Shown: positions 26,700 to 38,965 of the stretch, piece by piece
Position numbering within the stretch: position 1 is the first letter of the stretch
Layout of the letters: every line of letters begins with the position of its first letter
DNA from: Girardia tigrina
Taxonomy: Eukaryota
Direction: 5' to 3'
DNA length: 55,720 bases
Assembly: GCA_001938485.1 (NCBI GenBank)
Contig: MQRK01209524.1
Span: 16,376-72,095, forward strand
Made by a program: the position numbers and the translations under genes
The notes under the pieces: model-generated
The model's database searches: none
What the model was told of the DNA's origin: nothing
Seen by the model: the letters and a program-made list of their open reading frames with translations, nothing else

Positions 26700-27350
26700 A
26701 CTTTTTCAGAAAAAGAAGAGTGTGAGTGAGAGAGAGAGAAAGGAAGAGAGAAAGAGAAGAAAAAGGATTTTGTCAACGATGCTGGTCAAAACGACTGTTT
26801 TTTTAGAGATATCTAATAACAGAATGTACAAAAAATCATTCAAATTTGACAGCCAGTTTTAAATTATGCCAATTTAAATTGTTACTGGTTTCATTTTCAC
26901 AGATAAGACATTTAAAATGAGATATAAATGCTGATATTAATGAAAAGATATCTGTTAGATTAACAGCGATTGCGCTGGCCAGTAGATTCCCCCAGATGGA
27001 AATAAGACAGAGGATTACAATCTCAAAATTCTCCTGCTGATTCAACACAGCAGAAATCCAACCTCACTCTCAATCTTCCTATAGGAGCAGCGACCATATG
27101 AGGTGTTTGTTTAGTAGACGCTATTTGGAGTTTTTGCAAACATAGTATTTGAACAACCTGCCAAAACAGCGACCGTTTCACTCTGTCCGTTCACTTCGCT
27201 TACGTCCATAAATCGGCCACCTTTTCTTTTGTTTATTTTATTTTCTCAACTCTGAAATTTTTCTTTCAATATATTTACCAAAAGCGCTGGGCATTGTTTT
27301 TAATTAAAACAGTCCTCGGTTTCCATTTCGGTCCACGTGGCTTAAAAAAA
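26700..27350. promoter_or_regulatory. Candidate enhancer with GA repeat
   Basis: (GA)n tract, TTGACAGC at ~26847, and complex non-coding sequence. Confidence 0.4.
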
Positions 27351-28599
27351 CAAAAAAAAATCGTCCAATTCTTTTCTTTTCCCCCAAATTTCTGAATTAG
27401 TAATTAAATCCCAAAATTTATGTTAAAAAAAATGAAAAAAAAATCGTTTTTTTTTCTACTAAAACTAAATAAAATAAACGAAACATTTTTTTTGTAATTA
27501 ATTATAAAATCAACTCCCTAAATAATCATTGAAATTATAACAAAAAAAATTTTAATATTATTTTTTTTAATTTAATTGAATTTTAAATAAATTTTTTTTT
27601 GAAAAAAAATGAAATAATAATTTATAATATTCCACTTTTTTTCTGTCTAATTATAAATAAATAATATATATATATAATTTTAAAATTTCTATTATGGAAA
27701 TATCAGATTTTTGTTTTAATGTGTGAAAATATAATTAACATTTATAACTCCGATGTTGTTCTTTTTACATTCTTCGAACTCATACAATAAGTTAATTATA
27801 AAGTCTATTATAAATTTTTAAATAAAAAAAGAGGCCTAACAATGCAGTATCCTATAGACATTTGTTTTCATACAAATCGAATTAATTACGTCTATGATGT
27901 TATCAAGACAATAGTATCATTTTCCCAACCTCTTTTGTTTCAGGTAATGTTATAAAAAAATTAATCACTTTTTCCCCTTTTCCCCGAGATCCTTCAGAAT
28001 CAGATGTAGAGAACTGAATTTAAATTAATATTTCTGGACAAAGAGAAAACGTAATTAGAGTTTCATCGGTTTGGGAATATGACTGAAAAATGGGAATTTG
28101 TTTCAATTGATAGAACAAAAGTATGTCATAAAACAAGGGATAAAGTTTATATTTTTCCTCTTAGTCATAGGAAAATGTTAAGAGAAAATTATGGAAATTT
28201 AGCCAATGGTCAGCCGGGAAAGCCGAGTGTCCAGTGAACGAGCGCTAGCCAGTGGTCAGCTGTCGAGAATTACGTCTCCCTTTTTTATGTTATTATACAA
28301 ACAAACTGACCAATGGTCACTAAAATTCCAGTTGATTATTCCCAATTATAAATAATCTAGTCCCATTACTCATTATTCATTTTCCATTCCCTTTTCCAAA
28401 AACGAGTTTGGGTTTTGTTTTCTGGCTTTTTTTTCGACAAAAAAAAACCAAAAATTATATTATATTTTTTAAAATTATTTTTCCATATAATTATTAAAAC
28501 AAAACAATAACCGGTAAGTGTTTGTTTTAATTGACGAAAATTGTTTTTCGTGTTTTTTTAATTGAATTTTATTTTAATTATTTTTTAGAATTTTTTTTA

Positions 28600-29380
28600 A
28601 ATTTTTAATAATTTTATAATTATAATATTTAATAATATTAATAAATTTGAAGAAAGTATTATTCTTGTGTTGATTAGTTTTTGTTGTTTGAAATTTAAAA
28701 AAATCTTATATTTTTTTAAAATTTTTAATTATTTTTTTTATAAGTATTAAAACAAAAAAACTTAAAAAAATTTTTTTATAAATTAATAATAATAATAAAT
28801 ATAATATAAAATAATAGTTATAGTAATAAATTTAAAGAAAGCATTATTCTTCTATTAATTTTTGTTTTATTAATCTTAGTTGTTTAAAAGTAAAATTTAT
28901 TAAAATTATTTATTTTTAAAAATTTTTTATTATTTTTTCTTTTAAGTATTAAAACAAAAAAAATGATAAGCATTTTTTTTAATTGACGATTTTTTTTCTT
29001 GTTTTTAATAATATTTAATTTTAATTTATTTTTTTTAGAAAAAAAACATTAAAATTTTAATAATTAAATAATAATAATAAATATAATATAAAATAATAGT
29101 TATAATAATAAATTAAAGAACCCATTATTCTTGTATTAATTATTGTTTTATTAATCTTAGTTGTTTAAAAGTAAAATAAAATTATTTATTTTTATTTTTA
29201 GAAATTTTTATTATTTTTTTCTGATAATAATTATTAAAACAAAAAATTTAATTTAATCTTGATATATTTTCGATATTTTTTTAGAACAAAAAATTAAAAT
29301 AATATAATATAAAATAATAGTTATAAATTATAGTAATAAATCTTGAAGAAAGTATTATTCTTGTGTTGATTATGTTTTGC
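28600..29380. repeat. Degenerate AT-rich tandem repeat (~200-290-bp units)
   Basis: Recurrent blocks ataatataaaataatagttata, gaagaaagtattattcttgtgttgatta and ttaatcttagttgtttaaaagtaaaat. Confidence 0.7.
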
Positions 29381-31049
29381 TTGTTTTCTTTTTTTGTTTG
29401 AAAGAAAGAAGAAAAAATCAATCAACATTCGTGAAATGGAAAAAAATAAATCAAAGATTTAATCCGCTTGTCCGTTTTAGTATTAATTTGTATATATAAT
29501 TCATCCTGAAGGGAGAGGTGTTTTAATCCGATGGGTAATATGCTTTATAGTAGAGTTCTGGTTAGTCGTCTTTACCACATCTTCCTGTCTAGAGTTTTGA
29601 TTGATGATGGTGACATGGAAGCAGATTTGGACTTTGTCAACTTTATAATCCGCAAAAGATTATTTTATTGCTCCTGTACTGCATATTATTTTCCCTTGTC
29701 TTTTTACAGTCACTGGATAAGCTTGTAGAGATACCTTAATTCTTTTCCCCATTTTTTTTATATTCAAAAATAGCATATTGTTTATTAAATGTACACTAAA
29801 ATAAGATTAAATTTCCCCTTTTATTTCTCAATTTATCAGGATTTATTTTAATTATAATATTGTTCGTTTTGTTTTGTTTTGAAAAAAAATAATAATAATA
29901 AATCGAAATTATTCTTTAAATAAAAATAATTAATTTAATTAATTAATAAGGATTTATGGATCAGTTGAAAAAAAGAAATTCTTTTTATTATCTTCCGATC
30001 AAATAAAATTGTATATTATTTAGATTTTTTTTCGTTTATTAATATTAATATTATTATTATTATTATTATTATATGTTGAATGGATTATTATACTGTAATT
30101 TTTATTGAAAATTATGAAAAATTATAATATAGAAATAATTTTCTAGTTTTAAATTGTGTTTGTTTTATACGATTTTTAGATGATTATGAAACATTTTTGG
30201 GTCTCTGACAATCAAAATCTGATGGAAAACCTGTACAGGTTATCGTCGAAATCCATCAGGGTCCACATAGAACTTGATTGGAAAACACCTCAAGGGAATA
30301 TTGTCGACAGATGCCGTTATCATAACTACTAATCGCCAGAACGAAAATTGGTTGTCTATAAGGGAATATTTAGAAACAACTGAAGTGCATTTAGATACAT
30401 TTTGTTAGCACAGAAGGTGACCATCTTCAATCGCGTGTCCCTAAAGTAATGTACATTAATTCCGATCTATGTGACAATTAAAAAAACAGCAACTGTTCAA
30501 TGCCGATAGCACTGACAAAAAACAGCATCCATTCTCTAAATGTGGGTGAGGAAATAATGGAGACTACTTTACCTGAACAACTGCCTTTACATCTTGATTT
30601 TCGTTGCGATTCTGCAAAAGAATAGACACAAAAATATCCGACAAAAAACATTCATCTTGATAATTCCGAAACATCGAAGTTTTCTCACTTGTTATAAAGT
30701 CCGGTTCGGGAAAAAAACCCTAATGAAAGTGGTAAGAAGAAAGTTTATATTTTTTTGTTCAATATGGAATTACCGAAAAAAAATTCAATAATAAATTATG
30801 AATACTTTTATTTTAATATAATATTGATGATAATTAATTATTAGTAATTAGAATTGTTAGTTGCGTTTATGTTATCACAATTTATGAATAATATTATACA
30901 TAAATTTAAACAAATTTTCATATCCTTTTCTTTAGAATCTTTTGGCGTTGGTATTTTCGTTTTTCCTTTTTTTTGAAAAAAAATCGATATCATTTATTTA
31001 GTTAATCCTTTTTTTCTTTTTAAATTTAATAAAATTATTATAAATGTAT

Positions 31050-31356
31050 TCTTTCTTCTTTCTTTTTTGATCTTAGCTGTTGGGCCGTTGGTGCACCCAA
31101 TTGTGCACATTGTTTCTTTGGTCTTTCTCTTTCCACTCTCCTTTCAACCATAACCTTTGCTAGTGTTTGTTTTCTTATCTGATGTCCGTAGAATTTCAGC
31201 TTCCTTCTCTTGAAAGTCTCTTCTGTTTATTCCGTTTTGTAATTAGCATTTCTGTCATTCTCCTCCAGACAAAGTTGTTGGTCTGCTTTTCTTTCCACGC
31301 GATCTTCAGTATTCTCCTGTAGCACTTCATTTCAAACGCTTTAAGGCTTCTGACCC
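31050..31356 (-). mobile_element. RTE-clade LINE 3' fragment
   Basis: AFEMKCYRRILKIAWKEKQTNNFVWRR..ERKLKFYGHQIR, with an AAG-rich tail near 31050. Confidence 0.8.
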
Positions 31357-31867
31357 AGACAATTTGTTTACTCCAAATTATTTTAAATGTGTTTATATTT
31401 CTTAATAAGACATTTATTAAACTTTTTGGAATACTTATTTTTTAGTGTTTATTTAATTCCTTTTTTTAATTTTTATATGTTTATGCAAATGTTTTTATTT
31501 AATTTATATTAGTTTTTTAAATTACTTTTTAATGTTTTTTTGAAAATTTTGGAAATGGTAATTAACATACTTTAATTATGGATGTGGTTTCTAAATAACT
31601 TATTAAAAAACATTTTGAGTTAACATGCTTCCATTTTTGTATGGTTTTAAATAACCTTTTCCGGAATGAGTTGATAGATCCATAATTTAATAATTTAATG
31701 TGAATAAATGAATAATTTGTGCACCTTGTGACCTAATTTACGTGGCGGGGTTCTGTGGTAAGACAGAGAACAAGTAACAATCAATTTAATATTTTAACAT
31801 ACTAATCAATATAGTAAATCATATTTCAACTTTAAAACCGTCGTTTTCTAAGTAGTTCTTCCTCGCT

Positions 31868-32322
31868 GTGAGGAATATTTTAAATTGTTTGAATGTGTAA
31901 ATGTATGGATGATGTATGTTGATTTAAGTATGTTGAATTTAGAATGGTGATTCTCCCACACAGATGGAAATTTGTATTTTTTTATTAAGTTTAAAGTGGT
32001 TGACTATTCGAACATAATTAAAATAATCATTTGATAAGTTCATATTTTTAATTTACCAATTAAAATTAAGTTTAATATTTTTTTGGTAAAATTTAAATTA
32101 AATGTATTTTTAATAATTTGATGACATTTTTATTATTTTGGGTTTTATTGAGAAATGGTAAAATTTATTATTTTTAATTAATATTAATTAATATATTTAA
32201 AAAAAGTGACTTAGAAAACCAATTAGAAGGATGACAAACGATGAAAGACCTTCTGAGAGTCATAATGACTCTAAATGTGGTTGTAATAAAAATTCAAACT
32301 CGATTTGTCTAAATGTTCTTAA
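31868..32322 (+). repeat. Dispersed ~480-bp repeat, copy 2
   Basis: Matches 9190-9675. Confidence 0.85.
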
Positions 32323-32969
32323 TACTCACAAATGGTGCTTAATGTTTCAGAATAGATATAATCCATTTGATGGGAGATTGGAGTTGTTAGAAGGGTGATT
32401 GCGAAACTTATGGACCAAGTGGAGCATCACTTTTGGTACTTCGCTCAATTTTCAATTTTATGTTTGTTTCTCTCATCTCTGGCTTGATCGGATAGAGAAA
32501 CGATGTGTAACGACCTATGGTTTTAGGTGCCATTTCGCATCTTTCTGAGTTGCTTTCATCAAGAAATATTTCCTTAAAAGAAAATGTATAAATAGAATGT
32601 AACCCTAATCCATTTAATCTACCGTAATAATAAATAAATAGTCTTTGTAACAGGTCCTGGTTTGGTATTTCGGAGTTCTTCTCTCAGAATTTTGGGTATT
32701 TTTTATCATTAATCTTACTCTGTTAATTTCAGTTGCTTTTATAAATTATAATCATAAAGTTATGAAAAATAACAAGCTGATAATCATTGTTGGTGAGGGA
32801 ACAATATATTTTTAAAAAGATATATCCCAATAAATTTTGTGAAAAAAATCATTTTTTATTAAATAATATTCATTTATTTAATAATACTGTTGGGGTTCCT
32901 TTTGGGGAACTTTAAATTTTTGATATTTTTAAAAATCATATTTATATTTTAGATAAAGTAAAAATAATG

Positions 32970-33240
32970 TCGATTAATTAAAATGAAATAATTCTTTAAA
33001 ATAAAAAATTTAAGTTATAGATAATATTTTTACTAATTAAAATAAATAGGATTTTTTAAAAAATATATTTTATAGTAACAATTCTACTAATTAAATTGAA
33101 ATAATTTTTGTAAAAATTATAGTTCACAGATAGTATATCACTAATTAAAATGAAATAAGTTTTTTAAAAAATTTTAGAGTAATGATAATATTTTAATTAA
33201 ATTGAGACAAATTTTTATAAAAATGAAGTTTTAAAAAATT
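32970..33240. repeat. Degenerate ~55-60-bp AT-rich tandem repeat
   Basis: Recurrent ctaattaaa(a/t)tgaaataa units. Confidence 0.55.
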
Positions 33241-33999
33241 CACAATTAAAATATCATCTTCGAAGTTAAAGAACATTGTAAAGAAGATTTTGATATATTT
33301 TGTAACATTATTTAAAATAAAATCATAATACTTTTTAATGTATAAAATCAATATTAAGTAAAATAAATTTTAAAAAGAATGCAATTTTTATAAAAAACAA
33401 ATAAATAGTTTTTATTAAAAAATAATTTATCATCGAATGATTAAAATCAAAAAAAACATTTAAAAATTGAATTTTTAAAAATCTAAATTTAAATTTCAAT
33501 TAATAAACATTGTAAAAAATTAATAAAGCAAAAATAAAATATGATTTATAACATATTTGTATATTTATCGATATTATTATTTATATTTAGAATTTTGAGA
33601 TCTGGATTATGTAATTAAAATTTTCTTCCTCATAAATTTGTTTCAATAATGAAAATTTTCATAGAAATAAAGTTTACAAAATTATGACTTCCAATTTTAA
33701 TCACGAACCTAATAAATACATTTCACTATTTAAAGTCCAATCAAAATGATTATTTAAAACAGAAAAATAATTAATATAATATAAAAATATGCAAAAATAA
33801 AACATAATTTTCCCCCATCAGAAAAAAATATTTTTTCTCTTATATTATAAAAAATCCAAAAAAATATTAAAAATTATTTTTTTTCGAAATTATTTTTTCT
33901 TCAGAAAATAAAGTCTTGTTTGGTTTTGTTGGAAATTAATGAAACAAAAAAATGAAATATTAATCAATAATAATTATTATTATTATTAATTAACATTTG

Positions 34000-35200
34000 T
34001 TAATTGACATCTGGCTTCAATAACATTTAACTAAAATATTTAAACAAATTTTATTGACAGAGTGACAACGAAAGTAGAAACAATACGTATTTCAAGACCG
34101 GCCAACTCACCAGTGTTAAAGTTTGTTCAAGAAATATCTAAACCAAACAAACCTGTCTGATTGACAAAGAATTCATGACACTTTACTGATGGAGAATGTT
34201 TTAGATGCCATATTAACGCCGGCTATTGTCCTGGAAAGTCCTTTAAAGAGGAAAAAAATATTGAAAGAGAGAAAGAGAAAGCGAGAGAGAGTGAGAGAGA
34301 GAGAGAAAGTAAGAAAAAATATCACAATTTCCTCTAAAATTAGATATAATAATACGCAGTTATTTTTAAAATTTTTAAAAATTTTTTTTTCAATATTTTA
34401 TTAAAATTCTCTTTGGCGATTTTTCCTTAATTTCGTATTCCGGATTTTTCTTTTTTCTCTTTACAAGAACAAAAAAAAATAAAATAAATAACGAAAAAAA
34501 ATCGTTGTGATAATTTACGAAAAAAAGCGGCTTTTTTAAAAAGCTTTTAAAGAAATTTAAAATTTTCGAAAAAAAAATAACAAGAAAAATTCGAATTGTT
34601 TAGTTTTTTCAAAGGGAGAAAAAATAATAATAATAATAATAATAAACTATGCAGACAATCGATTTAATTAGGAAAACAAACATGAAAATAATATAGATTC
34701 GAAAAATTAGCCAAACTCGAGTGGGAGAATGCCAGTGTGTTAATACCGGTATATGGACAACGAAGGAAAGACCGAGGGCCCCTGCCTCTTTAGCGCGTCC
34801 GGTGGTAGTGACAATTGGTTTGGATAAGCTGGCATTTAAAAATTCAAACTCGATATCAGCCTTTGAATAGGCCGCTTTTAGTCTACACAAATATTTATTT
34901 GCATACTAAAACTTCTGGAGTCGATGATAGGGCGCAAGTCTCTATTTCCATTTCTTTCTCTCTCTCTCTCTTTCTTTCTCCCTCTCTCTCTTTTTCCTCG
35001 TTCGCTTACTCTTTCTGTTGGGGGAAAAAGGGAACCGAAAGTTGTTGACACTACAGCTTTGTGGACTATACCGCACCGTAGACCCGGTCTTTATGCCGTT
35101 AATTGGTTTACTATCAAACTTGACAGCTTTTCGACTCGTTTGCCAAACAAAGTATTGTTTCTCTGTGAAATTTCACACAGTGGAAATTTCGGGTTTGTTA
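34000..35200. promoter_or_regulatory. Candidate enhancer cluster rich in TALE sites and GA/CT tracts
   Basis: Eight plus-strand TGACA, including TGATTGACAA (34158-34167). (GA)n at ~34265-34305 and (CT)n at ~34950-34990. Confidence 0.5.
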
Positions 35201-36036
35201 TTTGAGGGATATTTCTTTTTAGACATTTTTACATGTTTTATTTTTTATTTTATTTTATCATAGAATTAATTGAAAATTTTTTTTTCCCTAATATATAAAT
35301 TTTATGAAAAATATTTCCGTTTTTCTTGGAATATTTTTCATTTTTTTTAAACGTATTTTTGTTGTTTGGTTATAAACGATTTTTTTTTCAAAAAAAATTT
35401 GTAAAATTATAAAATAATTATAATCGTTTATTTTTTTCAATTAAATATTCGATTAAATATAAAATTAAAAAAAATAATATTGCAAAAAATATTCTTGAAA
35501 ATTATTTTCTGTGACCCAGTTTTTTCTTCAATATTATATTAAAATATTGCTAAATTAATATTTATTTTATATAATTATTTCTGAAATATAAATAAAAAAA
35601 ATATTTCCCAACATAAAAGTCTCAGTTCTCCTCTCCGTGTTTGTTTCACAACTCTCCCCTCGGATTTGATCTGATAAAGAGGCTTTAACTTTAGTCTTTT
35701 AATTTTTTAATGTAACTGCCAGGTTTCGGTTGAAAGATGCTGCTTGCTATCAAATTAAAATAATGTCAGAGTTGAGCTGGCTTCCGGTTTTCATGAATTA
35801 AAACAACAAAAAATGATGGCACCATAAATGACAACTCAAGTTTTGATTTGTGACTTCGGTTTTTTTAGGGAATAATTTTTTTTTATTTCTTTTTAAAAAA
35901 AGAAATTAATAATTTTATTAAAATCGTAGGGGTTTTCTTTTTTGAAGACATTACCACTTGAATTTGGATCACATAATGTAATTAGATAAAATCATTTAAT
36001 AATTAGGAATTAAAAAATAATTTCAAGACAACTAAA

Positions 36037-36075
36037 GTTTATTAATTTCGACGGTTTAGCCGTTATGGTCAGAAC
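36037..36075 (-). ncRNA. Minimal hammerhead motif, mutated (G8>C, G10.1>A)
   Basis: gtt-CTGACCA-TAACGG-CTAAA-CCGTC-GAAA-TTAA-TA-aac, with a 3-bp stem I (gtt/aac). Confidence 0.7.
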
Positions 36076-36169
36076 AAATGATTTTCTTAAAAGCGAAAGT
36101 CACTTATATAGTGCAGTTAGATATTATATAATCATTGCGTCATCAGTAAATCGTTTAAAATTCTACCAA

Positions 36170-36760
36170 TTAAGTTGTAGAGAATGCACTTTGAATGTTA
36201 ATTTTAGGATCCGTAGATCTTATATATAACGCCTCACATGTCACTCTCTCCCAATAATCATTAAATCGAATGCAAAGAATTTTAAATTGTTGTGAATTTA
36301 TATCTCTTTAATTCTTTTACAATTTTTTTCGGTGTCCTGCAATGTTACTTCACCTTCATTACGACTGTGTTCCTGGATTCTATTACATAGATGACACGAA
36401 ATCTCTATAATTTATGTGGCTTTCACCCAGTACATACATATTGGTAAATGAGATATGAACACAATCCTAATGGCGTTGGAGATTTATTTTTCCTCGTAAG
36501 TCTTTAATCTTCTTTTTTGATAAATCCCAATTTTCTTTATTTTTTGTTTTCAGTGATAATTATTATTACGAAGGCTTTATTTTATATAATATTACATTTA
36601 TTTATGAAATATTATAGTCAGGCTTTGAATCTTATTCGTGGAAAATTAAAAATCATAAAATATAAAAGCATAAACCATATCCCTCGTTATATCAAAGGAT
36701 AATTATATAAATAAAAGTTTAGAACAACTATTAAACAAAATAATATAAATTTAAAAGGGG
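36170..36760 (-). pseudogene. PLE GIY-YIG endonuclease remnant
   Basis: LCSYLIYQYVCTG*K..CHLCNRIQEHSR..FKILCIRFNDYWERVTCEALYIRSTDPKINIQ, followed by the hammerhead at 36037-36075. Confidence 0.85.
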
Positions 36761-38095
36761 TTTTTGAACCATTCTCTCTCAATATTATCGTTTTATGATA
36801 CGCAATCTTCATGACTTCTTGTATGTTAAATTTAAGTCTTAATTATTTATAGAATTTGATTGATGTTACAATTTACGATCCAATAAGTTCAATAAAACCT
36901 TTTTGAACAATACTTATTGTGAGCGAAAATTCAGAATGTTGTAAGTTTGTTGTTTGTATACTGTTTAGATTTGTGACTCTCCTACTCAGATGGGATTGAT
37001 ATGTTATTGATTGATTATTTGAATCTGATAAAATTAATTTAATGAGATTAATTTTTAAATACTACTTAATTAAAGTTTTATAATTATAAATTTTAATAAT
37101 ATTTTTCGTAAACGATTTTAACTTATTAAATTTAATATATTTTAAAAATTAACGTTTATTCTAAAAATTACTAAATGCCTTTTTTATCCAATAATATTTT
37201 GAGAAATTAAAAGTTTATATTAAAATTTTCCCATTAGTTGATTTTTTTAGATTTGAATACAGAAACAAAAACTTTATCAATCAAAGAAAGATGCTCACTG
37301 AAAATGGTTGTGAAGAATCTGTTTGTGTTGTTAATAAATCTTTGTACTCAAATTGTGATGTTGCTATACTTATAAACTAAATTTTATTGTAAAAACAAAG
37401 TCATTCTTGAAGTATTTTAGTACATTTCAACACATCTAAATGTTTGAGAAATTGAGCGGAGAGCACTGGTTTGTCGGGCTTCACGCCAGTACAAAGAGAG
37501 GCCCACGATTGCGATCGTTCGTCCTCCTTTGTAGTCGGAACTGAGCAGGTATATTAGCTAATATCGAGCAGAGAAGTATTGAGTAATGGCACGAGAGATC
37601 CAACATAAATAAAATGGTCCCTAATTCCGCCATACATAACGGTACCATCTCGGTGAACACATTAGAGTAGGATCCGTAATTCTCAGTAGAGTGCTTCTGT
37701 CATATAAGACAGTACCATCATCATGAAACTACTGCTGTGGGGTCATTAACCCTATTAAGTACAACATACAAAGTGATTTCTCTGCCAATATGGATCCTCA
37801 CTACTTTATTCAAGACACTATCACAAACCATGATCAGCCCAAAAGACCAAGTCGAATTACAATCATCAAAGATTGGACCCTCTTGTAGCGTCTCCATAGT
37901 TCTTCTGGATCGTGGATCGCATCATCATATTTGTGGACGTTTCGTCTTTCTCGTGGGTCCTCGAATGCCTCCCACTGTCGCTTGGACCACTGTATGTTCG
38001 ATTCGACGCAGGCATTGACGATTAATTGTATCTTATGACCTAAATGTAAACCTTTAAGGATAGCTTCATTGTAGGGTATCATCTTGTAATAACTA

Positions 38096-38693
38096 ACGGA
38101 TAACATCAAATAGTAGGTGGGCATGAAATAGTAGGTGTAATGAAGTTTTCAAAAAATTTTCCACCTACTATTAAAATAGTAGGTGGAATCAAATAGTAGG
38201 TGTATCGNNNNNNNNNNNNNNNNNNNNNNNNNNNNNNNNNNNNNNNNNNNNNNNNNNNNNNNNNNNNNNNNNNNNNNNNNNNNNNNNNNNNNNNNNNNNN
38301 NNNNNNNNNNNNNNNNNNNNNNNNNNNNNNNNNNNNNNNNNNNNNNNNNNNNNNNNNNNNNNNNNNNNNNNNNNNNNNNNNNNNNNNNNNNNNNNNNNNN
38401 NNNNNNNNNNNNNNNNNNNNNNNNNNNNNNNNNNNNNNNNNNNNNNNNNNNNNNNNNNNNNNNNNNNNNNNNNNNNNNNNNNNNNNNNNNNNNNNNNNNN
38501 NNNNNNNNNNNNNNNNNNNNNNNNNNNNNNNNNNNNNNNNNNNNNNNNNNNNNNNNNNNNNNNNNNNNNNNNNNNNNNNNNNNTCAAAACAAAAGCACCA
38601 AATAGTAGGTGTAAACCAATATTGGGCGCCTTTTCAATTTTTTTTCCACCTACTATTAAAATAGTAGGTGTCCTACTATTTCATGTTATCCGT
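38096..38693. mobile_element. MITE with internal aaatagtaggtg repeats (spans N gap)
   Basis: TIR ACGGATAACAT(C/G)AAATAGTAGG at both ends with TA flanks. Confidence 0.8.
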
Positions 38694-38699
38694 TAATTA

Positions 38700-38965
38700 A
38701 TGATTTTGTAATCATCTTGTAATAACTAAATCACTATTAATACTCCACTCGCCCAAAGTATTTAGTAAATTGTGAACGCAATATCTTTAAATTGCTTATA
38801 AACACATTAATATTGAAGCGATTCTTTCTATGTTGCGCAACATGACTATCCCTTTCCTTCTAATTATGTGCCTATATTCGTATACAGAGATGTCATCAAA
38901 TCTATTCGGTGTATGTGGCATGACACCCATTTCATTTATACTGATGAACTAGGTTGGAATCTAGT
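38700..38965 (-). pseudogene. PLE GIY-YIG remnant
   Basis: SNLVHQYK*NGCHATY..HLCIRI*AHN*KERDSHVAQHRKN..NLKIL..YFGRV. Confidence 0.75.

Noticed and set aside
30180-30700. Complex segment that could be exonic
   Set aside because: Stops in all frames examined and no recognisable homology.
34609-34890. 93-aa minus-strand ORF with a possible acceptor at ~34882
   Set aside because: No recognisable domain, a low-complexity tail, a weak donor, and codon usage unlike an AT-rich host. Cannot be fully excluded as an exon.
38100-38690. CRISPR-like periodic aaatagtaggtg repeats
   Set aside because: They are MITE subterminal repeats in both orientations, with no unique spacers or cas genes, in a eukaryotic context.
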